NCBI GenBank assembly: GCA_965112735.1
Contig: OZ218959.1
Location: 2,976,001 to 3,040,000, forward strand
Origin: Phaeosaccion multiseriatum
Lineage: Eukaryota; Protista; Ochrophyta, other classes
DNA: 64,000 nucleotides
Direction of reading: 5' to 3'
Shown: positions 26,977 through 38,597 of the stretch, piece by piece
Numbering within the stretch: position 1 is the stretch's first letter
Layout: every line of letters starts with the position of its first letter
Notes under the pieces: model-generated
Told to the model about the DNA's origin: nothing
The model's database searches: none
The model's input: only the letters and a program-made list of their open reading frames with translations
Translations under genes and position numbers: made by a program

Positions 26977-28656
26977 CGGAGGGAGAGGGACGTGGGGGGG
27001 GCGTAGAGAGAGGGGCAGAGAGAGAGTATGAGGGCGAGAGAGAGGCAGAGAGAGAGTATCCCGTATCACCAACTGCCTCACTTGCACTTACCGGCTCTCC
27101 GTACATGTCCTCCAGAAACTCCCTTGTGGAGGTGTTGCAGTCCACAACATGAAACTTCCTGCCGTAAATCACAATAAAACCCCCCACCTGAAGGTCGGAC
27201 AGCTTGTAGAACGTGCCGGCGTCGTCCCCCTGTGACGTGACGATGATGCAGAGGAGTTGGTGGTATATTGAACGGGAGGGGAGGGAGGGTGGGAGGGAGG
27301 GAGAAAGAGGTCCAGGGAGAAAGGGAGGGAGGGAGGACGGGAGGGAGGGATGGATGAATGGCTGGGATGAATACGACATGATCAAACCTGCATACGAATT
27401 CTACATCCTTCCGTCTCAGTAGCTCTCTCTCTCCTTCAAGTTTCTTTCGTTCCCTCCCTCCTCCCTCCCTCTCTTCCCTCTCTCTCCCTCCCCCCTTCCT
27501 CCCTTCCCTCCCTCTCTCGGCTCCTCCATCTTTCTTCCTCCCTCCCTCCCTCCCTCCCTGTATATGTTTCCTTCTCTCTCGCCCTCTCTCCCCCTCCCTC
27601 TCTCTCTCCCCCTCCTCCCTCCCTCTCTCTCTCCCTCCTCCCTCACTCTCTCTCTCTCTCTCCCTCCCTCCCCCGCTCACTCGCTGCAGTACCCGCTTAC
27701 CTTAGGGATGAGGTGTCGGTTGACAAAGGTGCCCTGGGGCATGCCGCTGTTCTCCTGTTTGTTCTCGCTGACCTGTTTGGGACAAGGAGATGGCAGTGGA
27801 TGGGGTATGAGGTGCGGGTTATGGGGCATGGGGTATAGGGCTTGGGGCACGGGATGGAGGGTGTAGGGTATAGGGTATAGGGTATAGGGTGTGGGGTATA
27901 GGGTATAGGGTGTGGGGTATAGGGTATAGGGTATAGGGTGTGGGGTATATGGTATGGGGTATAGTGTTTGAGTTTCGGGTATGGGGTATGGGGTATAGGG
28001 TATAGGGTGTGGGGTAGGGTTATGCCCTTCGTAGTTTAGTGAGTCTTATCCGTTCCTCTTCGATCGCACGACGCTTTGGGGTTCCACGCCCCTCCTCCTC
28101 CTTCGCCCCTTCCTATCTCATCTTCATCAAAGAAGAGGGAGGTGTGTGTTATCATGCGCCACCGAAAGGAACTGATCCTTACTCGAACTCAACTGACCTG
28201 CATGGACCCATCTTCGGTGTAGAACAAGATTCTGCAAATGCGCACGCGGTGGTTCTCCAGGGGGGACTCGTCAACGGATTCCTTAAAGTAGGCATCGAAC
28301 TGCAGCGAGAGGAACAGGGCGGAAGAGACAAGCGGCAAGGGACAAAATGGGTGGTGGTGGTGGTGGTGCCTGACTTCCCCCCTTTGTCCTCCTCCAATCC
28401 GTCGCCAGCAGGGGAAAGAAAGAGAGTGTCGCATCTACTCCCGCCCCTCCCGTCTCTCCTGCCCCTCCTGTATCACCAACGGCTGCCCCTTCGCACCGCA
28501 CCTGTAGCACCACGCGATCGTTGTTCTTGAGGACCCTGCGCTGCGCCCCACCCACCGCCAAAGACGTTGCCGCATCCTTGTTGCGCAGATTGTTTAGAGT
28601 GATAGCGTCGGGGCTCTACTCAGGTCCCCCACCACCCGCAGAGCACAACAAGCCCG

Positions 28657-28689
<33 letters not shown>

Positions 28690-29373
28690 CCAGCAGCACC
28701 AGCAGTTCAGGGACAGAGGAGGGAGGCACGTAGGTAGTCAGCAGTTAGCTATTCAGGTGCTGTGCTGCACAGAGACTGTGGGGTAGTGGCGGTGCCAAAG
28801 GGAGACCCGTGGGGGAGATAAGCCATGCACAATGACGATGAGACGGACCAGCGATCGGCGACACAGAGTTCGCTATGTGTGTGCCATCTCTCTCGGAGTA
28901 CCCGCCCTTCCTGACCCTCATTCGTTGTGAAGCCTCCCCTCCCAATGACACGTTCCTCGTTCTGAAGGACCTGGCCTGACATTGCGTCCGACGTCGACCT
29001 TCACAACGGGGTGCTGTCAGTTCGGCCCAGCCCCTCCACTTCCTCATCTGTCTTCCTTCCCACATCCCTCTAGTATTACACCAATCCCATTTCCTGAGCA
29101 ACCCCCCCCCCTGCCCCTTGTTACACAAACAGCCCCTCCCTGTCCCTGCTCATCCTTCGAGCGCTTCAAGGGTCCGTCGCTCCGCCGTCCGGCTCCAATC
29201 AACCGCAATCTCTCTCCCTTTGTCTCCTGCACTCGCCCTGCGCTCGCTTCTCTTGGCTCGCTCACCTCTTCGAAGAAAGGCTTTCCTTCCAAGTACTGGA
29301 AGCCAGGCCCCCTTCCTTTCCGCCTGGGCAAGTTACTCTGGTAGTGAGGCAGGTTCGGCACAGCTGACGCCAT
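23528..29373 (-). CDS. EFHC1: EF-hand domain-containing protein 1 / RIB72 (three DM10 domains plus EF-hand); axonemal microtubule inner protein, about 11 exons
   Basis: Exons encode DRVVLQFDAYFKESVDESPLENHRVR, ENSGMPQGTFVKRHLIP, DRSVLRFDAQWDDRDSLYG...HYFLADDTLE, NCGRDPFPLVLKR, IPPHTGFGSEEDSL, REFIITYYGSDSTVSIREPPRRNSGIMGGTFL and EF-hand YDARGKGVVTRADM. Confidence 0.92.
27858..28020. repeat. Telomere-like heptamer satellite (AGGGTAT)n inside an EFHC1 intron
   Basis: tagggtatagggtatagggtgtggggtatagggt... read directly. Confidence 0.8.
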
Positions 29374-29675
29374 CGTTGATCGGTCGCAGTGCCTCTCAGC
29401 TGCTGCTCCTCATCCACTACTCCTCAGAGCGGGTTACCTAGCAGCGCTTGAGATAACTAGAGCCCCGCCTGTTGCAAGTCTCCAACTCTATCCAGCTTCT
29501 CTTACTCCTTTTCCTCCTCCTTCTTCTCCGCCTTGGCCTTGCGCTACTTGTAAACTGCCGTCTAATGGAAATTTCCGAAACCAACAGCCAACTGTGATTT
29601 CATTGACACGTTGTAATCCACCGCCCTTTGTGCTTGTTGTGCTCCCGACGCAATGAGCCTGCACAATCAGCCTGC

Positions 29676-30305
29676 ATGGACTCTCTCAGGCTCCGAGTCG
29701 TGCGGCGGGCGGCCGCAACGGTGTCGAGACAAGCGAAAATATCAGTGGTAGCGACAGGAGGGGAAGGATCAAGGTGTGGAATCGCATGGAGCAGCAACAG
29801 CAGTGGCGGGAGCAGAAGGCGCTCTCTGAACACATCGAGAGAAAGAGAGAACTTACTGCCACCAGCGGCATGGTCCTTAAAGGACCTCAAGTTATCAAGC
29901 GAGGATGATGATTCCAGCGGTGGAAGTAATCCACTGCTTACTACGGAAGAGATAAATCGTCTTGGGGGCTTGGCCCATCTTCGCATAGGCCCAGATCGCA
30001 TGGCGGCCGTGCAGAGAGACGTGGGACTTATCCTTCGATGCACGCGAACAATGCAGGGGGCAACCAGCAGTAGCAGCAGTGGTGGTGGTGGTGGTGGTGG
30101 GGAGATGGGCGGAGAGCAAGATGACGATGAAAATGATCTGTACGACTTGGGGCGAGGAGGCGGCGAGCCGGGCATGCAGTGGCAGGCTCCGGAAGCCAAG
30201 GACGAGGTACTGGAGGGGGGGGACGTGGCAGCCATCACGGGTAGTGCGCAGCGCAGGGTAGGAGGCATGTTCACGGTCCCCCAGGTCATCACCAGGGAGG
30301 AGTGA
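29676..30305 (+). CDS. gatC: Glutamyl-tRNA(Gln) amidotransferase subunit C-like, probably organellar
   Basis: Arg-rich N-terminal presequence; WSLKDL, LTTEEINRLGGLAHLRI, DVGLILRCTRTMQ and C-terminal GMFTVPQVI match the GatC pattern. Confidence 0.7.
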   Translation: MDSLRLRVVRRAAATVSRQAKISVVATGGEGSRCGIAWSSNSSGGSRRRSLNTSRERENLLPPAAWSLKDLKLSSEDDDSSGGSNPLLTTEEINRLGGLAHLRIGPDRMAAVQRDVGLILRCTRTMQGATSSSSSGGGGGGGEMGGEQDDDENDLYDLGRGGGEPGMQWQAPEAKDEVLEGGDVAAITGSAQRRVGGMFTVPQVITREE

Positions 30306-30875
30306 AAAGCTTGGCCGGCAAACTCCCTTCTCCCTTTCTCCGTCTGTCGGTGACGGCAGTTCCGACTCCTTCTCCCATAATGAAAGGGAGAGTGAAGAGG
30401 TGGTGCGGCGTGAGACGCATAGGATTGCCGATAAAAGACAAAAGGCATGCTGAAAGAGTTGTGCCAACGCGACACGATTTGTTGGTGCCGTTCCACGCCT
30501 TCTCACACCGCCCCCCTCTTTTGTCCTCTGTAGCCGCGGAGAGTAATAGATTTCGAGATGTGTAAGACGGTGTGTGTATGAGAGAGAGAGAGCACCCGCT
30601 ACTCTGCCTCGATGGAAAATGTAAAAATACACAGACGATTAGAATCTCTACATATTCCATCTGCAGTGCTGCTGCTCCACCAGTGGCATCGCCACGACCC
30701 GCTCCTCTGCCCCCTCCTCCATGACAGGAGAGGGGAGAGAGAGAGACGGGTTGGAATGGAGGGAGGGAACCAAAGAAAGTGAGATTGAGGAGAGGAGAGG
30801 AAGTATACCTGTTTGCTTCTACTTCAAAGCCTGATATGACAGCCAATCACCCCCCCCCCCCCCCTCCCCCCGGTC

Positions 30876-32222
30876 CTACCGCCCCCTTGCTCCGGGGAAG
30901 TCTCGATACTTGGCGCGAACGTAGAGCAGGTCGCGGCCCTCTGTCTCCTTCACGCGTTGGCGATTCACTCCCTGCCACCCTGCCTGGATGCTCCTCCCTC
31001 CCCGCCCGGTCTGAACGCCCCTTGGCCCCTCTTGAGACCACTCCTCCTCCCCTCCTCCTTCTCCTCCTCCTGCTCCTCCTCCTCCTCCTCCTCCCGTTTC
31101 CGAGTCGATGAGGTCAAAGTGAGGATTGCGCCAAGCGTGATGCAAGCCGCCGGGGATGGACCAGCTGGACACTCCCTGGCTGCGGGTGTATGGCGCCGGC
31201 GGTGCGAACCGTAGAGTCTTCTTACTAAGCCACAGAAAGGGTGTGGAAAGGTCCTCCACCTCCGGATTGTCTTCCATGAGAATCTCCAGCGTCTGGCACT
31301 GCACCTCTAGTGGCGTTTCAGAATCCGTTTGCAAGATGCCCTGCCATGCTTCCACACAGCGGCGAGTCAAGCCCGTTCCGCTCACATCGATAAAGGACAA
31401 ACGACCCGGCACCTCTCTCGGCGCTGCTGGATCACCAACAGCCATTGCTTCCTTCTCCTCGCCTTGACTCCGACGATAATGACCCACCCCCGCGCCTCTT
31501 CCTCCTTCTCCTCCTCCTCCGTCTTGTCCCCCCCTATGAGCTCCAAGTCCCCCTCTCTCCCCTTCCCATACGCCTTTGTTACCTTCCCATAGGCCTCTGT
31601 TACCAAGCCGCAGCGCCGCCTCCACCTCCTGCTGAGTCCTTCGCACGGGAGGGGTGGGGTCATGGTGTGTGGACGGGTCCGTTTGACGCGCAAAAAGTGC
31701 CGTGAGCGCCAAGCCCCCGTCCTCTCGGAATTGGTTATCGCGCAGGGACACGCTTGTGAGGCCTGCGAATTGGTGATTCAGAGAGAGAGAGAGAGAAAGT
31801 GTTGAGGGAGGGGGGAGGGGGGGGGGGCGCAGCGGGGCGGAGAGTCAGTGGCAGTGATGCCTTCGATGTGGTCCAGAGGGGAAGAGAGAGGGAGAGAGTG
31901 AGAGAAAGGGGGAAAGAGAGGGAGAGAGGGAGAGGGACGGAGAGTAAAAGCATGTGGGACGCCAGCGAAAAAGATAGTGCGGGCTGGGGCGAGGGTGTGT
32001 GCGTGCGTGTATGAGGAAGAGAGAGAGAGAGAGAGCTAGAGAGAGAAAGAGAGAGAGAGAGCGAGAGAGAGGGAGAGGGAGAGAGAGAGAGGGAAAGAGA
32101 GAGAGAGAGAGTGAGAGAGAGAGAGGAAGAGGGAGAGCGAGAGAGCGAGAGAGAAAGAGAGAGAGAGAGCGCGAGAGAGGAGGGAGAGAGAGAGAGAGGA
32201 GGGAGAGAGAGAGAGGGAGGGA

Positions 32223-32266
<44 letters not shown>

Positions 32267-32298
32267 GAGAGAGAGCGAGAGAGCGAGAGAGAGAGAGC

Positions 32299-32330
<32 letters not shown>

Positions 32331-32705
32331 TAGCAAGGCTTGAAGTCAGACAGACTGAGGTCAAACCCACCCCACCTCTATTCTCGGCGAGGGCCCTGGC
32401 GACGACTGGTCCGTTCATGACTCCCAACGTGCATGCCCTCAGACCGAGCCGCCGGAGGGAGGTGTTGCCGCGCAGCATGGCAGTCAGGGCCGCCACAGCA
32501 GCGCCCCGAACCTGATGGATGGCAGGGGATGAATGGATGGCAACGGACGGATGGATGGCAATGGATAGATGGATGGCAATGAATGTATACGTGAGTGTGT
32601 GTATCTATCTGTCTATCTTTCGTTCGACGTCCCAAAAGCCTCGCACAGCAACGAAAACGCAACGACAGTGCGACAGCCACAGTGCAACAGCAACAGCACC
32701 ACAGT

Positions 32706-32749
<44 letters not shown>

Positions 32750-35700
32750 CCACTCCTGCACCCCCCCCCCTCAAAGCGCTCCTCAACGCCCCCCCCGTGC
32801 CGTCACTCACCTCGTTGGCGCTGAGGTCCAGTCCCTCCATGAGGCATGCAGTAGCAGCGGCAGCAGTAGCGGCAGCAGGAGCATCAGCAGCAGTTGGGGA
32901 TACATCAGCAGTTGATGATACATCCGAATCAGTGGGTGATTCAGCACCGCTGCTCCAGGCCACCTCCTCGTCTCCCCCTGCCCCAATCACAGATGGCGGG
33001 GTGAGCGCTTCACAAATGGCGACGACTCCCTCGGGCTGGAGGTTGCACGTGCTCACATCGAGCCATCGTAGGCCGCAGCGGGGTGAGCGGATGGCTCGAG
33101 CAAGGTGCTGACCCCCTCTGACTCCAATGGGGTTAGTGCCCAGTTCCAGACTGGTCATGTATGAGTATATAAGGGGAAGGGGGAAGGAGGGAGGCTGTTG
33201 GTGGTGATACGTGTGGGTGAGTGACAGAAGGGGTTGTGAAGGGGAATGAATTGGTCTGGAGGGAGAGAAAACTTGATCTCATTTCAATCCTCTCCTCGCG
33301 GACTCACTACCTCACCCACTCACTTACTCAGTCACTCACTCACTCCCTTCCTCCCTCACTCTCTCACTCTCTCACTCACTCACTCACTCACTCACTCACT
33401 CACTCACTCACTCATTCTCTCCCTCGTTCACTCACCTCCTGAGACTGCTTTGGATGGGGTGGTCCTCGCTGCTGATGGCGTCAGCGATTTGCTTGACGCC
33501 GCGGCTCATAATACCATTGTCCTCCAATCGGAGATGCTTGACAACGGAGAGAGGGTGCGAGAGGAAGTCGGAAAGCGCCACACAGGAGTCGTTGTCTTTA
33601 TGGCAGTGGATGGGTGGAGGGGGAGGGGGAGGGGGATGGCAGTGGATGGAAGGGAGGAGGGTAAGGGTATCCCGTCGATGGAGAGAGGGAAGGAGAGTGG
33701 AGAGTGAGTACTCATTGTCTAAGGGTGCAGGTCCTGACATCCTCTCTCTCTGTCCTGACACCCTCTCTCTCTGTCCTGACACCCCCTCTCTCTGTCCTGA
33801 CACCCCACATCCACTGTCCTGACACCCCACATCCACTGTCCTGACACCCCCTGCTCCGGAGTCGAGAGGTCTTAAAGACGTACCTAAGAGACACGCTTCT
33901 AGCGAGAGGGCTTGGAGGCTCCGGTTGGTCACTTTGAGAATATGGGTCACGCGTCGCAGAGGAAGGAGACCTAGGTTGGGGCTACGGAGGAGAGGCAAGA
34001 GGGCGAGAGGGGGGAGGTAAACAGAGGAAGGAGACCTAGGTTGGGGCTACGGAGGAGAGGCAAGAGGGCGAGAGGGGGGAGGTAAACAGAGGAAGGAGAC
34101 CTAGGTTGGGGCTACGGAGGAGAGGCAAGAGGGCGAGAGGGGGGAGGTAAACAGAGGAAGGAGACCTAGGTTGGGGCTACGGAGGAGAGGCAAGAGGGCG
34201 AGAGGGGGGAGGTAAACAGAGGAAGGAGACCTAGGTTGGGGCTACGGAGGAGAGGCAAGAGGGCGAGAGGGGGGAGGGTAAAAGGGAAAGAGGAGAGGGA
34301 AGAGGGGGGGGGGGGGGGGGTAAGAGGGAAAGGGGAATGGGGAGAGGGGAGAGGAGGGGGGCGGAGGGCATACCAACCCATCCACCCACCCATACATCTC
34401 CTGTGCTTCCCAACTGCCTATCTTTACCTGTTGTTCATTCGGATGGTCCGCAGCGTCGAGTTGTGAGTGAGTACCCCAGCCAGCCGCTGCCCTGCCTCCT
34501 TGCCCAAGCCAGAGCCGCTAACGTCGAGGTAAGTCAACGATTTGTTGAGTAATCTCTCCATCCCGTCATCATCAAATCCCTCTCCAGTGGCGATGGACTC
34601 GTCTCCTCCTCCTCCTCCTCCTCCTCCTCCTCCTCCTCCTCCTCCTTCTCCTCTTCCTCCTCTTCCTCCTGCTCCGCCTCCTCCTCCTCCCTCCTGACTC
34701 GGAAACCCTCTCCCTGCTGCTGTCGCCCCTCGAACGAGGCGTCGAAACGTGGCTTCTCTCGCAAACAGCTTTCTCCGCCGCTCCTCCGCCTCCTCCGCCT
34801 CCTCCTCATCGTCCTCGTCGTCCTTGTCCTCCTCCTCTTCCTCTTCCTCTTCCTCCCCATCACTCCACCCTTCTCCAATACTCGTTCTCTGTCCCCTCGT
34901 CGCCTCCTCGTCGACCCTCTCCGTCTCGCTAAGCGCGTCCAGCAACTCCATCACACTCGTATCCCCCATACCCGGGTTCCCACTCACATCCAACCACCGA
35001 ATGCTCTTGCTCTGCCTCAGCCACTGAGCCAGTGCGAGCCCTGACTCTGGCCCCAGCCCGTTTCCTCTAAGACTCAACTCAGTGAGTCCATTCAGGTTGA
35101 GTAAGGCTAGCGAGAGCTCAAGCAGTCCGTCGTGAGTGAAGTTGAGATCGTCGGTGAGGTGTAGGCGGGTGAGGCTCTGTAGCCCTGACACCTTCCCCTG
35201 TCTGTCCTGACACCCCCACTGTCCTGACACCCCGGCACCTTCCTCGCCCCCCTCGTCCTCCTCCTCCTCCTGAAGAGGGGCAGGAGGAGGAGCCTCTTGT
35301 GCTGTGTCGTCCGGCGATGATGAATCGGGCCATGAAGCGGACACTGACATTGACATCGACATGGACGGTGATTGGAAGGCCCGAGCCAGAAGGATGATTC
35401 CTTCGTCGCCACAGCCGCAGCCCCCCGGGGCTGTGAGTACCAAGGAGCGAAGGTGGCCGCCGCCTGGCTTCCTCAAGGAGGAGAAGGAAGAGGAGGAGGA
35501 GGAGGAGGAGGAGGAAAAGGTGGAGGTGGTGGTGGTGGTGGAGGAGGAGGAGGAGGAGGAGGAGGAGGAGGAGGAGGAGGAGGAGGAGGAGGAGGAGGAG
35601 GAGGAGGAGGAGGAGCTTCTGGCAGTGGCGGTGACAATGGCATGGGCGAGGCGTCTCATGGTCGACATGTCCAGGGGCTCTCCGAGTGACTCGATCTCCT

Positions 35701-36340
35701 CCACGGGGGGCGAGCCGCCTCTCCTCAGCCCAGCGATTGCACTCTCCAGCGAGCCTTGCTGCATGAGACGACTGTAAGAGTCGTGTCGTCGAGCACCACT
35801 ACCACCACCACCACCAGCAGCAGCAGCAGCACCACCACCACCACCACCACCACCACCACCACTGGCAGCAGGGGTAGGGGCGGTGCCAGGGGCGGCGGAG
35901 GAGGAGGAGGGGGCTGATTCTGTTTCTTGTTGTTGCTGTTGTTGTTGCTCCTTTTCTTCTGCAGTTTCTCCCTCTCCACCGCCCTTACCGCCATATTGGG
36001 TGTCGTCACCGTCGTTGTTGCTGCCGTCCTTGTCATGACTACCCTCACCACCCTCACCCTCACCCTCACCATCGTCGTCGTCAAAGAAGTTGGAGGCTGT
36101 GTGGACAGCTTCAAAGCAGTCCTGGCAGTAGAGCAAGCCCTGAATCTCTCTGTCCCTCAGTGTCTGCCCCCCACTCCCCCCGCCGCCCTCAAGAGCCGCT
36201 GCAGAGGTACTGTCGAGGTAGGCGTCGATGCTCGTCATACAAGCCTCGCTCAGTTGGACCTTCTTGTGCATCGTCTCCCCCCCTCCCACTCCGCCTCCTG
36301 CTGCATCTTGCTTGCTGTTGTTGTTATTCCTGTTGTTGTT

Positions 36341-36378
<38 letters not shown>

Positions 36379-36831
36379 CGCCCCCCTCCCACTCCTTCCC
36401 CTCACTACGAACACCGCCCCCCAGCTCCCTCTGCCTCTCCTGCTGCCCCCCACTTATAGTATAGTTCAGAAGATCCAGCGCCCTCTGGGTGCTGAGGCTG
36501 TGGGCGCGTGCGAGGTAAGCAACCACCAAGGCGGCTGCTACGGGCTCGGGCTTGGTGGGCCCCGCAAAGAGTAACTGGTGTCGGGTGTCGGGTATCGGAT
36601 GTCGCACACACATGGGCAAAGCAGAGCAGCCCATCCGGTGGTCGGAAAGTGAAGGTAAAGACAGGAGCGAAGGCAGGGGAGGAAAGGCGAGGAGATGGAG
36701 GGAGGAGGGAGGAGGGTGGGGTAGTGTGTCAGGAGCCAGATGAGAAGAAAAGAGTAGAGCAGGACAGTTTACCCGCCCACGACTGCTTAGAACCGTTACC
36801 TCCACCCGCCCTCTCTTTACGAGCCAGGTTC

Positions 36832-36877
<46 letters not shown>

Positions 36878-38274
36878 ACACGTGAACGCACCCGGACGGG
36901 CTTGGAGGCGCTGTTGCTGTTCCTGTATCGGAACAACCTGCTGACGACGTGGAACACGCGATTGAAGTACAGCCTCGACAGGACGGGCCAGTCGGGGGCT
37001 CGCTCGACCTTGAGATGCTTGAGCAGCTGCTGGTGCCGCTCGCCGGTCTCCTCCTTGCCTTCACCGCCCTCAGTGTCATCATCACTGCTATCATCACTGC
37101 TATCATCACGACTAGCATCGCTGTCGGTTCTGCCAGCAGCACTGCCATCACTGCTGCCATTGTCACTGCCACCGTCGCTGTCTCCATCGTCACGACCTCT
37201 GTCAGCATGCCTTCTCTTGTACTGCTCGCGGCGCCTCTTCTTCTTCTCCTCCTTCTTCTTCTTCTTCTTCTCCTTCTTCTTCCTCTTCTTCTCATCCTCC
37301 TGCAAGGGCAGGGGCAAGTACGTGTTAACGGTCCTCAGCTTGTCCAAGGCCGCCAAACGTTGGGCTTCCTTTAGGTCCTCCTCGTTGTGGAGGAAGCCTG
37401 CCCCAGGGGCGAGGTGCATGCAGGGTATCCTCCGACGGGGTTTCTTGCCCATTGCACGAGCTGCTGCGGCCGACTTGGTTATCGGCTGTGTTGGGTTGTT
37501 TGTTGGGGGGGTGGCATTGTTATTGGCCGCAGATGAGAAGACAAGGGGCAATGGTTTAGGGTACTGTATGCACTACATGCATACAAGAGACGGACAGGGC
37601 TTCCGATGAAGCATGGGTGGAGAGAGAAAGAGAAAGGGCTCGGTTTGGTGAGTTGTGGGGAGGAATGAGCGGTGTTTTGTAGCACAGTGTCCTGGGGGGG
37701 GGAAAGCCGGTACTCCCACCCCCCTCCATCTCAATGGGCAAACCTCAAGCCTAATCCTACTCATTCCATCAGCCAGCTTTTACCGACGCACCATCCCCCC
37801 TACCCACGCTTTCCTCACCTTGATCTTCTTCGTGGGATCGAAGTCCTGCGCTTTGAGGGCATCATCCGACATCCCCAAGAGGACCACATGCGTGGCCTGC
37901 AGCCTCGCGAGTCCCGCTGGGCGAACCGCGGCGAGGTTTCCAAGCAGAGCGAAGCCGGGGATGACCTCGTGCACATCTTCTTTCCACTCCTCGGGGATGC
38001 TGTCTTGGAGGGAAGGGGCGATGGAAGGGTCCGTGCATCGGTGGCGCCCTGCTGGTCCTCCTGGTCCTGCTGCTGCTGTCCTGGTGCCTGTTCGCAGGTC
38101 TCGTCCCTTGCTAGTGCTCGCTTTCTCCTCTCTCTCTGTCAGGATGGGAGGGGAGGGGCAGAGCGAGCAGTGCCCGCTGGCGAGACAGCCGCATGCGGCG
38201 CATGAGAAGGAGGAGTTGAGGACGGCGAGAGGCGTGAAGGGGTGGGAGGACAGTGGTACCAAGCTTGCACTCAT
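30876..38274 (-). CDS. Large multi-exon protein: dual-specificity-phosphatase-like (pseudo) domain, Cys/His motifs and ribonuclease-inhibitor-type leucine-rich repeats; 3' end uncertain
   Basis: VHEVIPGFALLGNLAA...LQATHVV and AAALVVAYLARAHSLSTQRALDLL (DSP fold); RI-LRRs LTELSLRGNGLGPESGLALAQWL, IRWLDVSGNPGMGD, LTYLDVSGSGLG, VKHLRLEDNGIMSRGVKQIADAI, LELGTNPIGVRGGQHLARAI, LRRLGLRACTLG. Confidence 0.75.
33731..33848. repeat. 21-22 bp tandem array built on TGTCCTGACACC (6 copies)
   Basis: Copies at 33731 (variant), 33751, 33772, 33793, 33815 and 33837. Confidence 0.85.
33957..34282. repeat. 65-bp tandem repeat x5 containing the 3' splice site of an LRR-gene intron
   Basis: ggaaggagacctagg starts at 33961, 34026, 34091, 34156 and 34221. 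Confidence 0.95.
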
Positions 38275-38597
38275 ACTGCTCTCTCTCTCTCCCTTCCGTG
38301 CCTCCAAACAATCGGAAAGGGCTTCCACGACGGTTGTGATGCGGACCAGTTGGTGCTTTTTGCGTCGACAGGACGGGTAAACGAGGAGCAAAATCGGCCA
38401 CCCGCGTTTGCTCCAGCAACGAGCGTCCCTATCCACTACATCGGCCGCGTGCTGCCGATCCTCACAGAGGGGGGAGCGGTGGAGAGGAGAGGGGAAGAGA
38501 GAAGAAGAAGGCAGCAGAAAGAGGCACGATAAGTGGGGGGATAGAGAGAGCACGCCCTAAGTGGAGTGGAAGCAAAAGAGAGGGACAGAGAGAAGGC

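Noticed and set aside
33957-34282. Possible CRISPR-like array (also considered for 46293-46506 and 55228-55700)
   Set aside because: Contiguous tandem units with no unique spacers, no cas genes, and a eukaryotic context
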